Source: a virus (lineage: Duplodnaviria > Caudoviricetes). Taken from it: a DNA stretch of 64,000 bases. Each line of letters begins with the position of its first letter. Within the stretch, counting starts at the first letter, position 1. Below are positions 46,566 to 57,882 of this stretch, piece by piece. A program made the position numbers and the translations under genes. A model generated the notes under the pieces. It worked only from the letters and a program-made list of their open reading frames with translations, was not told where the DNA came from and made no database searches. The stretch covers positions 1-64,000 of the IMG/VR virus record IMGVR_UViG_2667527664_000002; one strand, written 5' to 3'.

Positions 46566-49241
46566 CTATCTTCCAATTGCAATCCATTGAATTCTTACAT
46601 CTTTACCATTTTCATTTTTACTCTCAAAGTCTAAAGCTTCTGCATATGCACGTGTTAAGTTATCACCTACTACACTTCCTGTTGCTTCACAATATCCTCC
46701 GTAATTATTTGATGCTACATTACCTGTACAGTGTGCATATTCAGAAAATGCTATAGGATAGTATAAATACCCCTTAGCCCTATAACCGTCAAATCTTATT
46801 AATGTGCTTCCCCATTGTATTATTGTTCCATTAGGGAATTTTTGATAACCATTAGACTGACCATTCTTACCTTCAAAATCTGCATTAGTTGGTGTTTTTT
46901 TCCAATCCCACCAATTACCTGAATAGTTTTTCAATCTAGTATAAACTTCCCCATTAACATTAGTAAATCTTTGCATTAGTTCAGTATCATTAGTATGAAA
47001 TACTTCTAATGCTCCATATATATTTCCACTGTACGGAGCATTTGGAATAGAACTTCCTTCTTTAAAAACATAATATCGACCTTCTTCTAAAGATGTATTA
47101 AAATCTGTAACACTTCCTACATTTTTTAAATCATATCTTTCATCGTGATTATGAGATATAAAATCAAACATAAGCTTTAATAAAGTATCATCAACATTTT
47201 CAATTTTTTCAGTTATTGAGTTATCTGAAGATACAAAAGAAGAAGGAATATAATATTCTACTCCTGGATCTATTGCACCACTATTTATTGACAGTAAAGT
47301 TTGAGGATTAAAAGATATAGTCGATATATCTAAGCATTCATAAATTTCCTCTTGTTGTAATTGATAAACAACTGTAATCGGATTATTATGGAGCCAATTT
47401 TTCAATGTAGATATATCTGAACACTTATCTTTTTTTAATCTTATATAAATTCTAGAATTAGTTATTGAACCACTAATACTTTCTTTATTGTTAGAATCTC
47501 CCCAGGCATCTCCAATATAACTTAAATTATTTGCTAAAAGATTTGTTAATCCAATTTTTTTGCCAGGAACATCTATATTAGCTCTTATATATCCAACAGG
47601 TCTATCAACTTCAATAGACCAATTCTCATCACTTGAGCCATCAAAGGTTATTACTGATATTAATTTATGTAATAAATATTTATTACAATACTTTTCTACT
47701 ACTGAATCTTTTACACTTCCTAAACTTCTTAAAATAGGTTTTTTCCATATCTTAGATTTAGAATCATAATATAAAAGGTTTCTTTTACTTTCTTCGTGAC
47801 GTAGATAGCTAGGAGTTTTTTTATTAATACTAAGTTCTATATTTCTAACCTTGATATGATTATTATCAACCTTTACGAATTCGCATCCTTTGAAAAAGGT
47901 AGTATTTAAATAACCTATTTGTTCAACAGGAATTAAAACCTTATCGTCTTTAACATCTCCATTTATTCCTATCAAAAATTTCCAATTGCTTAAATCAAAT
48001 TTAGATAAGTCTAAAACCATATTCGGAGTCATATCTGTTATTTGCTGATAGTTATCGTTAACAAATCCCATATATAAACTACAATTATTATTACCTGTTG
48101 TCCTGAAATGGTAATATCCATCAGCTTCAAGTTTAGAACTTAATAATTTTTCATCAAATAAATTTAAATTACTACTCTTTAATGATATATTGTCTACTCC
48201 ATCTCCAACCGATTTAAGGCCTTCAAAATAATCATTTATTTTCTCATTTCCTTCAACTAGAACAATCTTTACATTTTTTACATCATCCAAAGTAAACTTT
48301 TGATCTCCGTTTGGATATAGATGAAGAAATGAATTTCCTATCTCCGATAGAGATGTAAAAGTACCTTCTGGACTTTTAGTTATTTTTGGAGCTGTTAAAT
48401 GAAACCAATGAGAATTACATTTTTGAGGTAATCCAAATAATTTATAACTATAATTTGTATTAGGATTTATTGGTAAATCACTTAAGTAAATTGAATAATA
48501 AGCATTTACCCCTAAGTTTTCTCCACTTCCTCCTAACACCCATTTAGAAGGATTCAAAGGTATTATATTAAATAATGTTTTACCAGTTAACTTTAAATTT
48601 TGTATATATCCATTTGAACTATCTGTTATAACATTATTTCCAGTTACCTTTTTACCACCGTTAGAAACTATATTATTGGCTTGCTCTAAAACTCTTTCTA
48701 GTTCTTTTACATTAATTTTAGCTTCTGTATTTTGGCCTTCTAATTTATCTTTATTTGCTACTAAATCCTCTAACGGAGCAAGTTCTTTCTTAAATTTATC
48801 TAGTTCTTTTTTAGCTTGGCCAACATATCTATCAAGCTTTTCTAAAGTACATATATCTGTAATAGATTCTATAGCCTTATCAGACCCTACTTTTTCTCTT
48901 ACTTCAAATAAAAATGTAGCTGTTGTTACTTGTCCAGTAGATGATTTTAATTCTAATTCAGCATAAGTTAATCCACTTGCTGTTAATGCTTGATTTTTTA
49001 CATTTATTTTAACTTCATCATCTTGAATAGTTATATTATCTTCTTGATATACTATAGTTCCATCTGATTTCTTTACGAACATTTTAATTTTTTCGCCCTC
49101 AAAATGATAAGGAAGTCCATTTTTATATAAAGATGCATAAAAAATAGCAGTGTCATACTGCTTTAATCTAAATTTAGGTATATGGTCTTCTCTTTCTATA
49201 TCTAACTTAAAATGAAAGTTATTTACTGCCAATACTATCAC
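46566..49241 (-). CDS. BppU-family baseplate upper protein / tail fibre (receptor binding)
   Basis: N-terminal KQYDT...VKKSDGT BppU-like region; C-terminal GYQKFPNGTIIQWG fibre motif. Confidence 0.8.
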   Translation of the reverse strand: MIVLAVNNFHFKLDIEREDHIPKFRLKQYDTAIFYASLYKNGLPYHFEGEKIKMFVKKSDGTIVYQEDNITIQDDEVKINVKNQALTASGLTYAELELKSSTGQVTTATFLFEVREKVGSDKAIESITDICTLEKLDRYVGQAKKELDKFKKELAPLEDLVANKDKLEGQNTEAKINVKELERVLEQANNIVSNGGKKVTGNNVITDSSNGYIQNLKLTGKTLFNIIPLNPSKWVLGGSGENLGVNAYYSIYLSDLPINPNTNYSYKLFGLPQKCNSHWFHLTAPKITKSPEGTFTSLSEIGNSFLHLYPNGDQKFTLDDVKNVKIVLVEGNEKINDYFEGLKSVGDGVDNISLKSSNLNLFDEKLLSSKLEADGYYHFRTTGNNNCSLYMGFVNDNYQQITDMTPNMVLDLSKFDLSNWKFLIGINGDVKDDKVLIPVEQIGYLNTTFFKGCEFVKVDNNHIKVRNIELSINKKTPSYLRHEESKRNLLYYDSKSKIWKKPILRSLGSVKDSVVEKYCNKYLLHKLISVITFDGSSDENWSIEVDRPVGYIRANIDVPGKKIGLTNLLANNLSYIGDAWGDSNNKESISGSITNSRIYIRLKKDKCSDISTLKNWLHNNPITVVYQLQQEEIYECLDISTISFNPQTLLSINSGAIDPGVEYYIPSSFVSSDNSITEKIENVDDTLLKLMFDFISHNHDERYDLKNVGSVTDFNTSLEEGRYYVFKEGSSIPNAPYSGNIYGALEVFHTNDTELMQRFTNVNGEVYTRLKNYSGNWWDWKKTPTNADFEGKNGQSNGYQKFPNGTIIQWGSTLIRFDGYRAKGYLYYPIAFSEYAHCTGNVASNNYGGYCEATGSVVGDNLTRAYAEALDFESKNENGKDVRIQWIAIGR

Positions 49242-51861
49242 CTTCTTTTTCTGTATATAATCTCCAATACTCTTTATTTTCGATAATATTATTATTTAAA
49301 TCATTTTCTTTTAAAGCATCTAGAAATACTTCTTTATTTCTTTCTTCTTCAAATCCTTGTCTTTTAGCTGTTACAACATATTTAAAGGTAAAATCTTTTC
49401 TATCTGATTCAACTATAAAATAATCTTTTGTTTGTTCTTTTATTCTGTAATCTCCCCAGCCTTGCTTTATTATTTCAACTGTATAATCTAAATCAAGATT
49501 AACACTATCTTTAAATATATTATCTAATAGAACTACTCTTTCATATGTAACTTTATTATTATTATGTTTAACTTCATCTACAGTTAATAAATGCATACCT
49601 CTATCTGTTAAATAACTTTCGCAATCCTCTACACTATAGAATAATCTTTCTCCATAATGTTTAGTTTTTTGAACACAGTTTTTATTTCCATTTACAGTAA
49701 AGTCTCCATTAACATGTATTCCATTATCTGCATAAAACTTCAATTTAGAAACTAGATTATTAGTTGTTGAAGTAAATAAGGCATCATTACCATTTTTCCA
49801 AAAACTAAATCCATTTTCTGTAGAAAATGATGCATATATTTGAGAACCATCCCATAATTTACAATGACCACTTTTAAAAGATGCATATTTATAATCACGT
49901 CCAGCAAAATAAGTTTCATAAGGACTTGAATTAAAATATGCGGCATCAGTATTTAAATCATATAGCCAAAAACTTTCATTTCCTAATTTCATTTTCCATT
50001 TAAGATTACTTCCAATAACTCCCCAGTAATTAGTTGCTTTATTTATAAAATTATTACCATCAGTAGATCTATATATTTCATTTAAACCATCTTTATCTAA
50101 AACTAACCCCCATCCATTCATACACATTTTTTCATAAACCATAATAGGATAGGGAGCATTTCCTGTTAAATTATATTTATCGAATTTTATATAAAAAGGA
50201 TATGAATTAGAAGTATTTTTATCTTCGTAAGCTATTCCAGAATAACCATCTGTTGAATTCGATAAAATTATTCCTGGAATTTCAGTACCTGTTATTCTTC
50301 CTGAAAAAATTTCTCCTATATGTTTACCTATTCCATCCCAATCATAAAACTTAAGCATATTGCCTGCTAATTCCACAGCTTTAATTCCATTTTTTAAAAA
50401 CTTAACTCCATTTGTACCAGATAAATCAATTTGTAAGCTTCCATCCCTATTTTGAATCATTATTGTACTAAGTATACCAGTTGCTATTAAACTAGCGTTT
50501 ATAACTCCATTGATTGTAAATCCATAACTATATTTTCCGTAATATCCAGTTTGGCTAAATGCAAGGCCATTTTTATTAAGTTTTACAACATTTTGAGCTA
50601 AATTTAAATCCTTATTATCAGCTACTATAATTTCATTTTGTCTAGGAATCACATAACTGTCTTTAATTCCTGAGTTTATCATACTTTGGATAATATCTTG
50701 TACGTTATTATTTTTAGTATCTTTTATTATAGAGTTTAGCTCTGCTAATATATCCGAAGTAGTTATAGACTTTTGACTTATATCTGTATTTGATAATTCA
50801 ATTTCTATAGTTCTTTGTCTTAAAACATCATATTTCTTTCTAATACATCTAACATTAACATGTACTTTATGTTTTTCTTCATAAACATTGACTGTATCAC
50901 CTAAATAGACTCTTTCAGCTTGAACATAGTTTTTATATTCCTCTGTATATTCAAGTTGTACAAAATTAATTTTATACGATGCCCTTAATTCATCTATATG
51001 CTTTTGTGTAAACTCTAACTTTGCTAGTCTCTTAAGTTCTTCTTGTGCTTCTTTAAGTGTTTTAAATCCTTCATCAGGATTTTTTTCGTCTCTTACTTTC
51101 ACAGATTCATATTTAATTTCTTTTGTCTTAACAGCACTATATTTCTTTATAAGAGGACTATCTATATATCCATCTATAGTTATACCATCAAATCCAGTTG
51201 GCTTAATTCTAGTACATACATTATCTATATCTGTTTTAGCTTCAAATCCAGTTAGATTTTTTCTAGAACGTATTTGAACACCTCTATCTGCTCCTATTCT
51301 TTTATTTAAAGAAACAGTATAACCTCTTCTTAACGTTTCTCCACCCCATCTATTTATAAAAGATTGATCACAATCATATATAGCTTGATATACATTCATT
51401 TTCATATAATAAGCTGTATTAATCTTTTCTATATCTGAAAAGAGTTGTATATCTTTCTTACCTATTGATTTTTGTCTTAATATTGATAATGCACCTTGCC
51501 CACTAGTATCTGTTGGTCTAGTATCCTCAATCCACATATCAAGCATTTCAGATATTGTAATTTGTCTAGCAAATACTTTTACGTCTCTACTACTTCTATT
51601 TACTTTAGCTATTCTAAAATATTCATTTCCATAGTCTAACTGTACCTTAATAATAGCTTCCTCAATTAAAGATTCATGAAGTCCTTCTTTATCTATCAAA
51701 GAAACTAAATCTAAATAATACTCACCAGTTAAAAGATGTTCATCTGTTTTAGCCTCTATTATTATATTATCAAGTATCTTATCCCCATTTGAATAAATAA
51801 CTTCATCTGGATTTGCATTTTGATTAAAGATACATACTTTTACTATTTTTCTATTACTCAT
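49219..51861 (-). CDS. Tail spike/Tal (prophage endopeptidase-type)
   Basis: SFINRWGGE, GADRGVQIRSRKNL, TRIKPTG; AGGAG before ATG 51861. Confidence 0.82.
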   Translation of the reverse strand: MSNRKIVKVCIFNQNANPDEVIYSNGDKILDNIIIEAKTDEHLLTGEYYLDLVSLIDKEGLHESLIEEAIIKVQLDYGNEYFRIAKVNRSSRDVKVFARQITISEMLDMWIEDTRPTDTSGQGALSILRQKSIGKKDIQLFSDIEKINTAYYMKMNVYQAIYDCDQSFINRWGGETLRRGYTVSLNKRIGADRGVQIRSRKNLTGFEAKTDIDNVCTRIKPTGFDGITIDGYIDSPLIKKYSAVKTKEIKYESVKVRDEKNPDEGFKTLKEAQEELKRLAKLEFTQKHIDELRASYKINFVQLEYTEEYKNYVQAERVYLGDTVNVYEEKHKVHVNVRCIRKKYDVLRQRTIEIELSNTDISQKSITTSDILAELNSIIKDTKNNNVQDIIQSMINSGIKDSYVIPRQNEIIVADNKDLNLAQNVVKLNKNGLAFSQTGYYGKYSYGFTINGVINASLIATGILSTIMIQNRDGSLQIDLSGTNGVKFLKNGIKAVELAGNMLKFYDWDGIGKHIGEIFSGRITGTEIPGIILSNSTDGYSGIAYEDKNTSNSYPFYIKFDKYNLTGNAPYPIMVYEKMCMNGWGLVLDKDGLNEIYRSTDGNNFINKATNYWGVIGSNLKWKMKLGNESFWLYDLNTDAAYFNSSPYETYFAGRDYKYASFKSGHCKLWDGSQIYASFSTENGFSFWKNGNDALFTSTTNNLVSKLKFYADNGIHVNGDFTVNGNKNCVQKTKHYGERLFYSVEDCESYLTDRGMHLLTVDEVKHNNNKVTYERVVLLDNIFKDSVNLDLDYTVEIIKQGWGDYRIKEQTKDYFIVESDRKDFTFKYVVTAKRQGFEEERNKEVFLDALKENDLNNNIIENKEYWRLYTEKEGDSIGSK

Positions 51862-51874
51862 AATATATATACTC

Positions 51875-52603
51875 CTATTTAAATGCTGTCCTTGGTAGTA
51901 TCTCAATTTTAGATACATTACCTACCCAACTAATTTTATTATTACCTCTTGTTAATACAAGGAAATGTCCTATCATATCTCTATTTTTACTTAATCTATC
52001 TTTATCTGTGCATTCTAAAAGCTTACTATCTAACTCCACATAATCATTAATATTATTGATTATAATAGTATTTGAGTTTATAGTAAGTTGTACATTACCT
52101 TGACCGAATATTTTTATATTGCATTCTCCTGGTACTGTTCCTAAGTAGAATATATTAGCTCCTGAATTTAAAACTATAGTGGTTTCATTTGCTAAATATC
52201 TAAACGGATCACATATAAATTCTATTTCTATTGAACACATATGCATTGTAGGCTCTGTCTTTTTAGAAAGACTTTTTATTAGATATTTAAAGTTACAGTT
52301 TGTAAAACAAATTAGTTCTTTACCTATAGAATTATCAATCCATTCTTCAACATCAAATATTCTACTATAAAAGCTTTCAAGAGATTCCTTGGATCTACGT
52401 TTTAAATCAAATCCAAAACGTAACTTTCTATCTTGATAAGTACCTTTTCTTTCTGTTAGTGTTCCACTTCTACCTTCTACTGGAGTATGTTCTACATCTT
52501 CATTTATACTTTCTATATCCATTAAATACATATTTAACCCTAAGCTATAGAAAGAGTTTATACCATCTATTTGAATATATGCTTTAATAAGTATCACCCC
52601 CAT
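51875..52603 (-). CDS. Distal tail protein (Dit)
   Basis: VEGRSGTL, FICDPFRY, LTRGNNKISW. Confidence 0.82.
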   Translation of the reverse strand: MGVILIKAYIQIDGINSFYSLGLNMYLMDIESINEDVEHTPVEGRSGTLTERKGTYQDRKLRFGFDLKRRSKESLESFYSRIFDVEEWIDNSIGKELICFTNCNFKYLIKSLSKKTEPTMHMCSIEIEFICDPFRYLANETTIVLNSGANIFYLGTVPGECNIKIFGQGNVQLTINSNTIIINNINDYVELDSKLLECTDKDRLSKNRDMIGHFLVLTRGNNKISWVGNVSKIEILPRTAFK

Positions 52604-52620
52604 AATATAAAAAGGATTCC

Positions 52621-55512
52621 TTAATATGCAAATTTAGGATTCCTTTGTTCATTCCTATCTAAAGAATTTTTTATTAATTCAGCTTTAGAGTAAAGAAGTT
52701 CTTCACTATCTAAATAAATCTTTGGATCAAGAGATTTTAAAGTTTTATTCAAAGATGAAATTACTCCTGAAACATCTGATTGATTATTTTTATCATTATT
52801 TTTTTCTATAATGTCAAAATTACTCTTTGATAAAATGGAACTTCCTAAAGAAATAGATTCATATTGTACTTTAGCTTTCATATCAGAAACAAGTCCATGT
52901 ACTTTACCTTTAAACTTTTCTTGCATCTTAGGGAATTGTTTAGACATACCAACTTCAGTACCCTCTACAGTATATTTACCTATAGGAATCATTTTTCTAG
53001 CTGGAGAATGGATTCCTAAAGCCGATTTTGCACCATCAACTATTCCACCAAAAAAATCATGAATTTTACTTTTAAACCATCCTGCTGCTCCTGTTATTCC
53101 ATTCCATACACCATGTACTATATTTCTACCAATAGAAATCATCTTTCCAGGTATAGATTTAACAGTATCAACAACAGCATGTACTAATCTTAAAGCTGCA
53201 TTTTTTCCAGTATTCCAGAGGTTGCTTCCCCAAGCTGCTACTTTAGATATAGCATTACAAAGCCAAGTCCATATTTTACCTGGTAGCTGACATATATAGT
53301 TTATGCAATCTGAAACAAATTGACTAGCTATAGCTTTAACCCTAGCCCACATTTGAGACCCCCAAGCAGAAACTTTATTTATTGTTATACATAGCCAAGT
53401 CCATATTTTACCTGGTAATTGACATATATAATTTATACAATCTGAAATAAATTGACTAGCTATAGTTGTAGCTTTGTTCCACATCTCAGAACCCCAAGCA
53501 GCAACTTTATTTATTGAATCACACAACCAAGTCCATATTTTACCTGGAAGTTCTGAGAACCATGTTCCTACATTGTTAATCCAAATTGGTACATTAGTCA
53601 TTAAATAATTCCAGACTCCAACTCCCCACATAATAATTTTAGTTACTACAAAACCTAAAGCAAAACCTATTTTATATGGTAACTCATTAAACCAATTAAA
53701 AATATTAGTAATCCATGAAGGAATCGTTACTACAAAAAAATTCCATACATTAGTACCCCATGTTTGTATTGTAAGTAATGCATTAGTTGCAAAGTTAATT
53801 ACAGAAGTTTTCATATTATTAAAACCATTTACAAAAAACATCTTTATATTGTTTACTAAGTTATTTATAAAATTTCTAAAACCATCACAGTGCTTATAAG
53901 CTAACATAAAAGCCCCAGCAAATGGATTAACTATAAATAATAATATTTCTTTCCAATCAGATTTAAAAAAATTAATTATGCTATTAAATGCATTTGGTAT
54001 TGTATCAGTAAAAAATGTACATATTGAATTCCAGGCTGTAATACAAGCATTCTTTACAGCATCCCATAATCCAATCCAAAAGTTTCTAAAGCTTTCAGAT
54101 GTATTCCAAAAATAAATAAAAGCTGCTACTAAAGCTCCTATTGCCATAACTAATAAACCTATAGGGTTCATTGCCATTACAGCATTCCAAGCCTCTTGTG
54201 CTAAAGCAGCTAAAGTAACTTTTCCAGTAAGTAAAGCAACAACTGTTTCTCCTAGAGTCAACATTCCATTAAATGCTCCTTGTGCTATAGTAGCTCCTTC
54301 AGCATTCATTGAAAATAAAGCTATTGCTAATTGAGCTTCTTGAAATGCAGAAACAATACCTTTTACGATCATAAAACCTTTAAATGCTAATACAGCTCCA
54401 CCAATGGTTGTTGCTAAAAATAAAATAGGTCCAATGTTAGATGCTATCCATCCACCAAAATTTAAAAGAGCTGGTATAACGACAGTAGTTAATACATTAG
54501 CTATACTTGTAAAAAAATCTACTAAAGGTTTTAACTGTGGGAACATAGTGCTTATTGCATTTCCTATACCTTCTTTACCAACTAATGTAGTAAACTCTTC
54601 TAGTTTAGGCATTAATCCTTGTAAATTATCTTTCATTTTATCAAATATAGGCTTAGCTAATGCTCCAGCTAACATTGTCAAGTTATCCTCTAATGTTGAC
54701 ATCATACCTGAAAAAGTTTTTGATTGATTCTCCATAGCTCCAGTTGTATGACTTGCAATACTATCTATTGCTTTATTATAAACTTCAGATGTGACTTTAC
54801 CCTCACTGGCTAGTTTTTTAACCTGTGAAACAGGAACTCCCATAACTTCACCTAATGCCTTAAATATTGGAATACCTCTATCTTGAAGTATATTTAAATC
54901 TTCAGTATATGCAACTTGTGCTTGTTGAACTTGAGAATACTGTCTAACCATTTCTTTTAAACTATCTTCCTGTATACCAAAAGCTGAACCCATATTGCCA
55001 AACTTAGTTAATTGATCAAACAGTGCTTTCCCATGAAATCCAGCATTGGTTAATTGTTTGGCCATTGCATCGACTCCCATTTTACTAAAAGGAGTTTCAG
55101 CTGCATATTTTTCAATATCTTTCATCATCTGAGATGCTTTTGATTGACTTCCTAAAATAGTAGCCCATGCAACTTGTGCTTGTTCTGACATAGCATTATA
55201 ACTAATTCCAGTTTTAACAACTTCAGTAGCATAATCTTTAACTTTATCTAATATAAATAAGCCACCTAGAGCAGTTGCACATTTTTTTGCAATAGATGAT
55301 ATAGAATTTATATTTCCTCTTACTTCATTTGTTCCTCGTCTACTACTACCTTCTATTTCACTCCAAGCTCTTTTCCAAGCTTGAGAAGAACTCATTCCAG
55401 CTCTTTTATATTCATTAGCTAATCTATTAGCTTCTTGATATAGTTCTCTAGTTCCTCTTCTTGCTCCAGAACTATCTATCCTGGTATCAATTACAATAGT
55501 TCCATCTGACAT
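52621..55512 (-). CDS. Tape measure protein
   Basis: AAETPF tape-measure domain; Trp-periodic repeats; LGIHSPAR. Confidence 0.92.
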   Translation of the reverse strand: MSDGTIVIDTRIDSSGARRGTRELYQEANRLANEYKRAGMSSSQAWKRAWSEIEGSSRRGTNEVRGNINSISSIAKKCATALGGLFILDKVKDYATEVVKTGISYNAMSEQAQVAWATILGSQSKASQMMKDIEKYAAETPFSKMGVDAMAKQLTNAGFHGKALFDQLTKFGNMGSAFGIQEDSLKEMVRQYSQVQQAQVAYTEDLNILQDRGIPIFKALGEVMGVPVSQVKKLASEGKVTSEVYNKAIDSIASHTTGAMENQSKTFSGMMSTLEDNLTMLAGALAKPIFDKMKDNLQGLMPKLEEFTTLVGKEGIGNAISTMFPQLKPLVDFFTSIANVLTTVVIPALLNFGGWIASNIGPILFLATTIGGAVLAFKGFMIVKGIVSAFQEAQLAIALFSMNAEGATIAQGAFNGMLTLGETVVALLTGKVTLAALAQEAWNAVMAMNPIGLLVMAIGALVAAFIYFWNTSESFRNFWIGLWDAVKNACITAWNSICTFFTDTIPNAFNSIINFFKSDWKEILLFIVNPFAGAFMLAYKHCDGFRNFINNLVNNIKMFFVNGFNNMKTSVINFATNALLTIQTWGTNVWNFFVVTIPSWITNIFNWFNELPYKIGFALGFVVTKIIMWGVGVWNYLMTNVPIWINNVGTWFSELPGKIWTWLCDSINKVAAWGSEMWNKATTIASQFISDCINYICQLPGKIWTWLCITINKVSAWGSQMWARVKAIASQFVSDCINYICQLPGKIWTWLCNAISKVAAWGSNLWNTGKNAALRLVHAVVDTVKSIPGKMISIGRNIVHGVWNGITGAAGWFKSKIHDFFGGIVDGAKSALGIHSPARKMIPIGKYTVEGTEVGMSKQFPKMQEKFKGKVHGLVSDMKAKVQYESISLGSSILSKSNFDIIEKNNDKNNQSDVSGVISSLNKTLKSLDPKIYLDSEELLYSKAELIKNSLDRNEQRNPKFAY
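53230..53560 (-). repeat. 132-bp (44-aa) tandem repeats within the tape measure gene
   Basis: ccaagtccatattttacctgg (LPGKIWTWLC) at 53263, 53395 and 53527. Confidence 0.8.
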
Positions 55513-55563
55513 ATATCACCCTCCTTTCATTTGAATTTAGGTATAAAAAAGTACCTACTATTT

Positions 55564-56184
55564 TTAAGTAAGTACATCAAGATCTAATACTCCATCCCCC
55601 ATTAATATTTTAGCAATTTCATCTTCTTTTTCTTTTTGCTCTTTATCTATATACTCAGGAAGTTTATATATTTGTTTCATCTTTTTATAAAATGCTTTTT
55701 CTTCTTTATCCTTTATTTTAGATAAATCAGATGCTCTATATTTCATTATTTCACAAATCTTATTATCTTCTTTTAAAGATTCAAACATTGCTTTAAATTT
55801 CCACCAATGTAAATCGTTTATATCTTGTAAATCTATATTATACTGGCTTAAAAAAGCACTATAGATATAACTATCATCATATTCATAAGAGTATACTCTC
55901 TCTACCTTAGAATGGCTATTTTCAGCATTTTCATCTTTATTCTCAGTTTCTTTGCCGCAACTATAAAACCATAATATTTTATGTATAGCGTCTTCAAAGT
56001 ATCTTTCTGGTGGTATTGAAGGATAATACAATTCTAAAGCTTGAATACATTTAAATTCATCAGAAATAGAATCATCATACATCAATAATTCAAATAAAAT
56101 AGATGTACGAAAATCTGAATTAATTTTGTACATCTTCTTTCCTATTTCTACTTTTGTAGGTAGTAAATCAATAAGTATATTCAT
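55564..56184 (-). CDS. Gp15-family (A118-like) tail assembly protein
   Basis: INSDFR, YIYSAFLSQYNIDL, LHWWKF. Confidence 0.85.
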   Translation of the reverse strand: MNILIDLLPTKVEIGKKMYKINSDFRTSILFELLMYDDSISDEFKCIQALELYYPSIPPERYFEDAIHKILWFYSCGKETENKDENAENSHSKVERVYSYEYDDSYIYSAFLSQYNIDLQDINDLHWWKFKAMFESLKEDNKICEIMKYRASDLSKIKDKEEKAFYKKMKQIYKLPEYIDKEQKEKEDEIAKILMGDGVLDLDVLT

Positions 56185-56594
56185 TATTTTTTATTATACT
56201 TTTTATTATAAATTTTCTTATTTTGATGATTTTGATGTCTTTTAGCAACTCTATTTGAAGAATATTTATTTATAGATTGTTGAAATTCTTTTTCTACATT
56301 TTCATCTTCTTTACTTATACCTATGGCTAACTCTTCAAATGCTTTCATAGCTAATTTAAGATTTCTTTTACCCTTAAATATCCTTTCACTTGCACTTTTA
56401 CCTAAAATATTATCCATACATTCCGAAACTATAATTATAGTTTCTCTTATAGCCTCTATCCTAGTTACATTATTGCTTAATTTGTTAAGTTTTTCAGGAA
56501 CTTTTTTCATTTCCTTTTCTATAGTTTCAGATACATCTAAATCCATTGTATCTAATTCAAACTCTTCACCTAAAATCTTTATCATTACATACAC
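56184..56594 (-). CDS. Tail assembly chaperone
   Basis: Position between major tail and Gp15; helical. Confidence 0.65.
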   Translation of the reverse strand: MYVMIKILGEEFELDTMDLDVSETIEKEMKKVPEKLNKLSNNVTRIEAIRETIIIVSECMDNILGKSASERIFKGKRNLKLAMKAFEELAIGISKEDENVEKEFQQSINKYSSNRVAKRHQNHQNKKIYNKKYNKK

Positions 56595-56602
56595 CCCTTT
56601 AA

Positions 56603-57088
56603 TTATTCTGTTTTAGCTTCAAACCCTTCTGTAAAGGTCTTAGTAGATGTATCAAAAGTTCCTACTACTAAGTCTCCCATACCTAGTAATTTCCCTTTAG
56701 CACTCATTTCATTGTCTTTAGCTTCAAAATCGTCTATAGATACAGCTACCTTAAACTTTCTTGCTCTAAATCCATTCTCGGCTTTTGCAGGCTTATCTAA
56801 ATCTACCTTTATATATTCTGTTTCAGCATCTGCTCCAATTTTTTGAAGTTCTCCAATGTTACATATAAAATCTATGGCTTTTTCATCTCTTATCTGGTCT
56901 GTTTCAAAACCAAATTCAGTTTCATATCCTGTTATACTTGTTGTTACTGATTGTTCATTTATATATTGTTTGCTTTTTGTTTTAGCACTTGGACTTTCAT
57001 TTAACTCCGTAAATCCTACACCCATAAAAACAAACTCCTTACCAACCTTTAAATAGTCAGCTACTGTTTTTCTCTTTCTTACAGCCAT
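56603..57088 (-). CDS. Major tail tube protein
   Basis: GFTELNESPSA...QYIN...TGY motif; position. Confidence 0.75.
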   Translation of the reverse strand: MAVRKRKTVADYLKVGKEFVFMGVGFTELNESPSAKTKSKQYINEQSVTTSITGYETEFGFETDQIRDEKAIDFICNIGELQKIGADAETEYIKVDLDKPAKAENGFRARKFKVAVSIDDFEAKDNEMSAKGKLLGMGDLVVGTFDTSTKTFTEGFEAKTE

Positions 57089-57093
57089 TTTAT

Positions 57094-57522
57094 CTACTTC
57101 CCTTCCATATAAATTAATTTCATTTGTATTTGATATTGAGCTTTGTCAATATCTGTTTGAAAGGCATATCCATTGCTTGTTAGTTCTATTGATAAAGCCT
57201 CTTTATTATCTAAAATAGGTAAATTACCTTCATCGTTGTTTTGTTCAATCCACTCTGCAAATTTTTCATAAAAATTAATATTTTCCAAGTTATTAAATAT
57301 ATCTTCACCATAACTTTCCCTACTTGCAAATATAAATTGTTCTTGTCTTTTACTAGATCCATCAACATACTTTTTTATAATAGGGTTACACGGAACTTTT
57401 TCTATAGAATATGTAGTTGCTTCTGAATCTAAATAGTCAACTCCTATTCTTACAGCTCCATTAAACTCTTCTAAAAAAGGACATTTTTTTATAAATTTTC
57501 TTATGCTCTCTATAATAGTCAT
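57094..57522 (-). CDS. Tail terminator-like protein
   Basis: Position; KAQYQIQMKLIY C-terminus. Confidence 0.65.
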   Translation of the reverse strand: MTIIESIRKFIKKCPFLEEFNGAVRIGVDYLDSEATTYSIEKVPCNPIIKKYVDGSSKRQEQFIFASRESYGEDIFNNLENINFYEKFAEWIEQNNDEGNLPILDNKEALSIELTSNGYAFQTDIDKAQYQIQMKLIYMEGK

Positions 57523-57882
57523 TTATTTAGCTTTACCTCCTACAAATGAAGCAACAGACTTTACAATTTCCGGACCTTTATCTGCCCACATTCTTTCAAT
57601 CCATCTCTTACCTCTCATACCACCTTTATTCGTACCTTGTTTTCCATTTCCTGAGTTGTTGTAGTACTGTTTACGAGCATAAGGAGCTTTATATTTAATT
57701 TTTCCATTTGAAATTTCTACCTGGATATCTTTTAATGCCCCTGTTTTAAATGGTACGTAAGGATTAGCCATTCTAGCTACTTCATTAGTTAAAAATCCCT
57801 GGGCCTTTCCTCTTTCCTCAAGGTTTCGTTTAGCTAAAATCTTTTCTATTCCATCCATCTTAAAAATAACATTAAGTGGCAT
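57523..57882 (-). CDS. Minor capsid/neck protein
   Basis: PYVPFKTGAL, APYARKQYY, WIERM. Confidence 0.78.
   Translation of the reverse strand: MPLNVIFKMDGIEKILAKRNLEERGKAQGFLTNEVARMANPYVPFKTGALKDIQVEISNGKIKYKAPYARKQYYNNSGNGKQGTNKGGMRGKRWIERMWADKGPEIVKSVASFVGGKAK

Noticed and set aside
46566-51861. Diversity-generating retroelement or invertible tail-fibre cassette
   Set aside because: No reverse transcriptase, no template/variable repeat pair and no inverted fibre segments seen in the window
53230-53560. Tandem 132-bp repeats as a novel element
   Set aside because: Ordinary tape-measure length repeats, in frame
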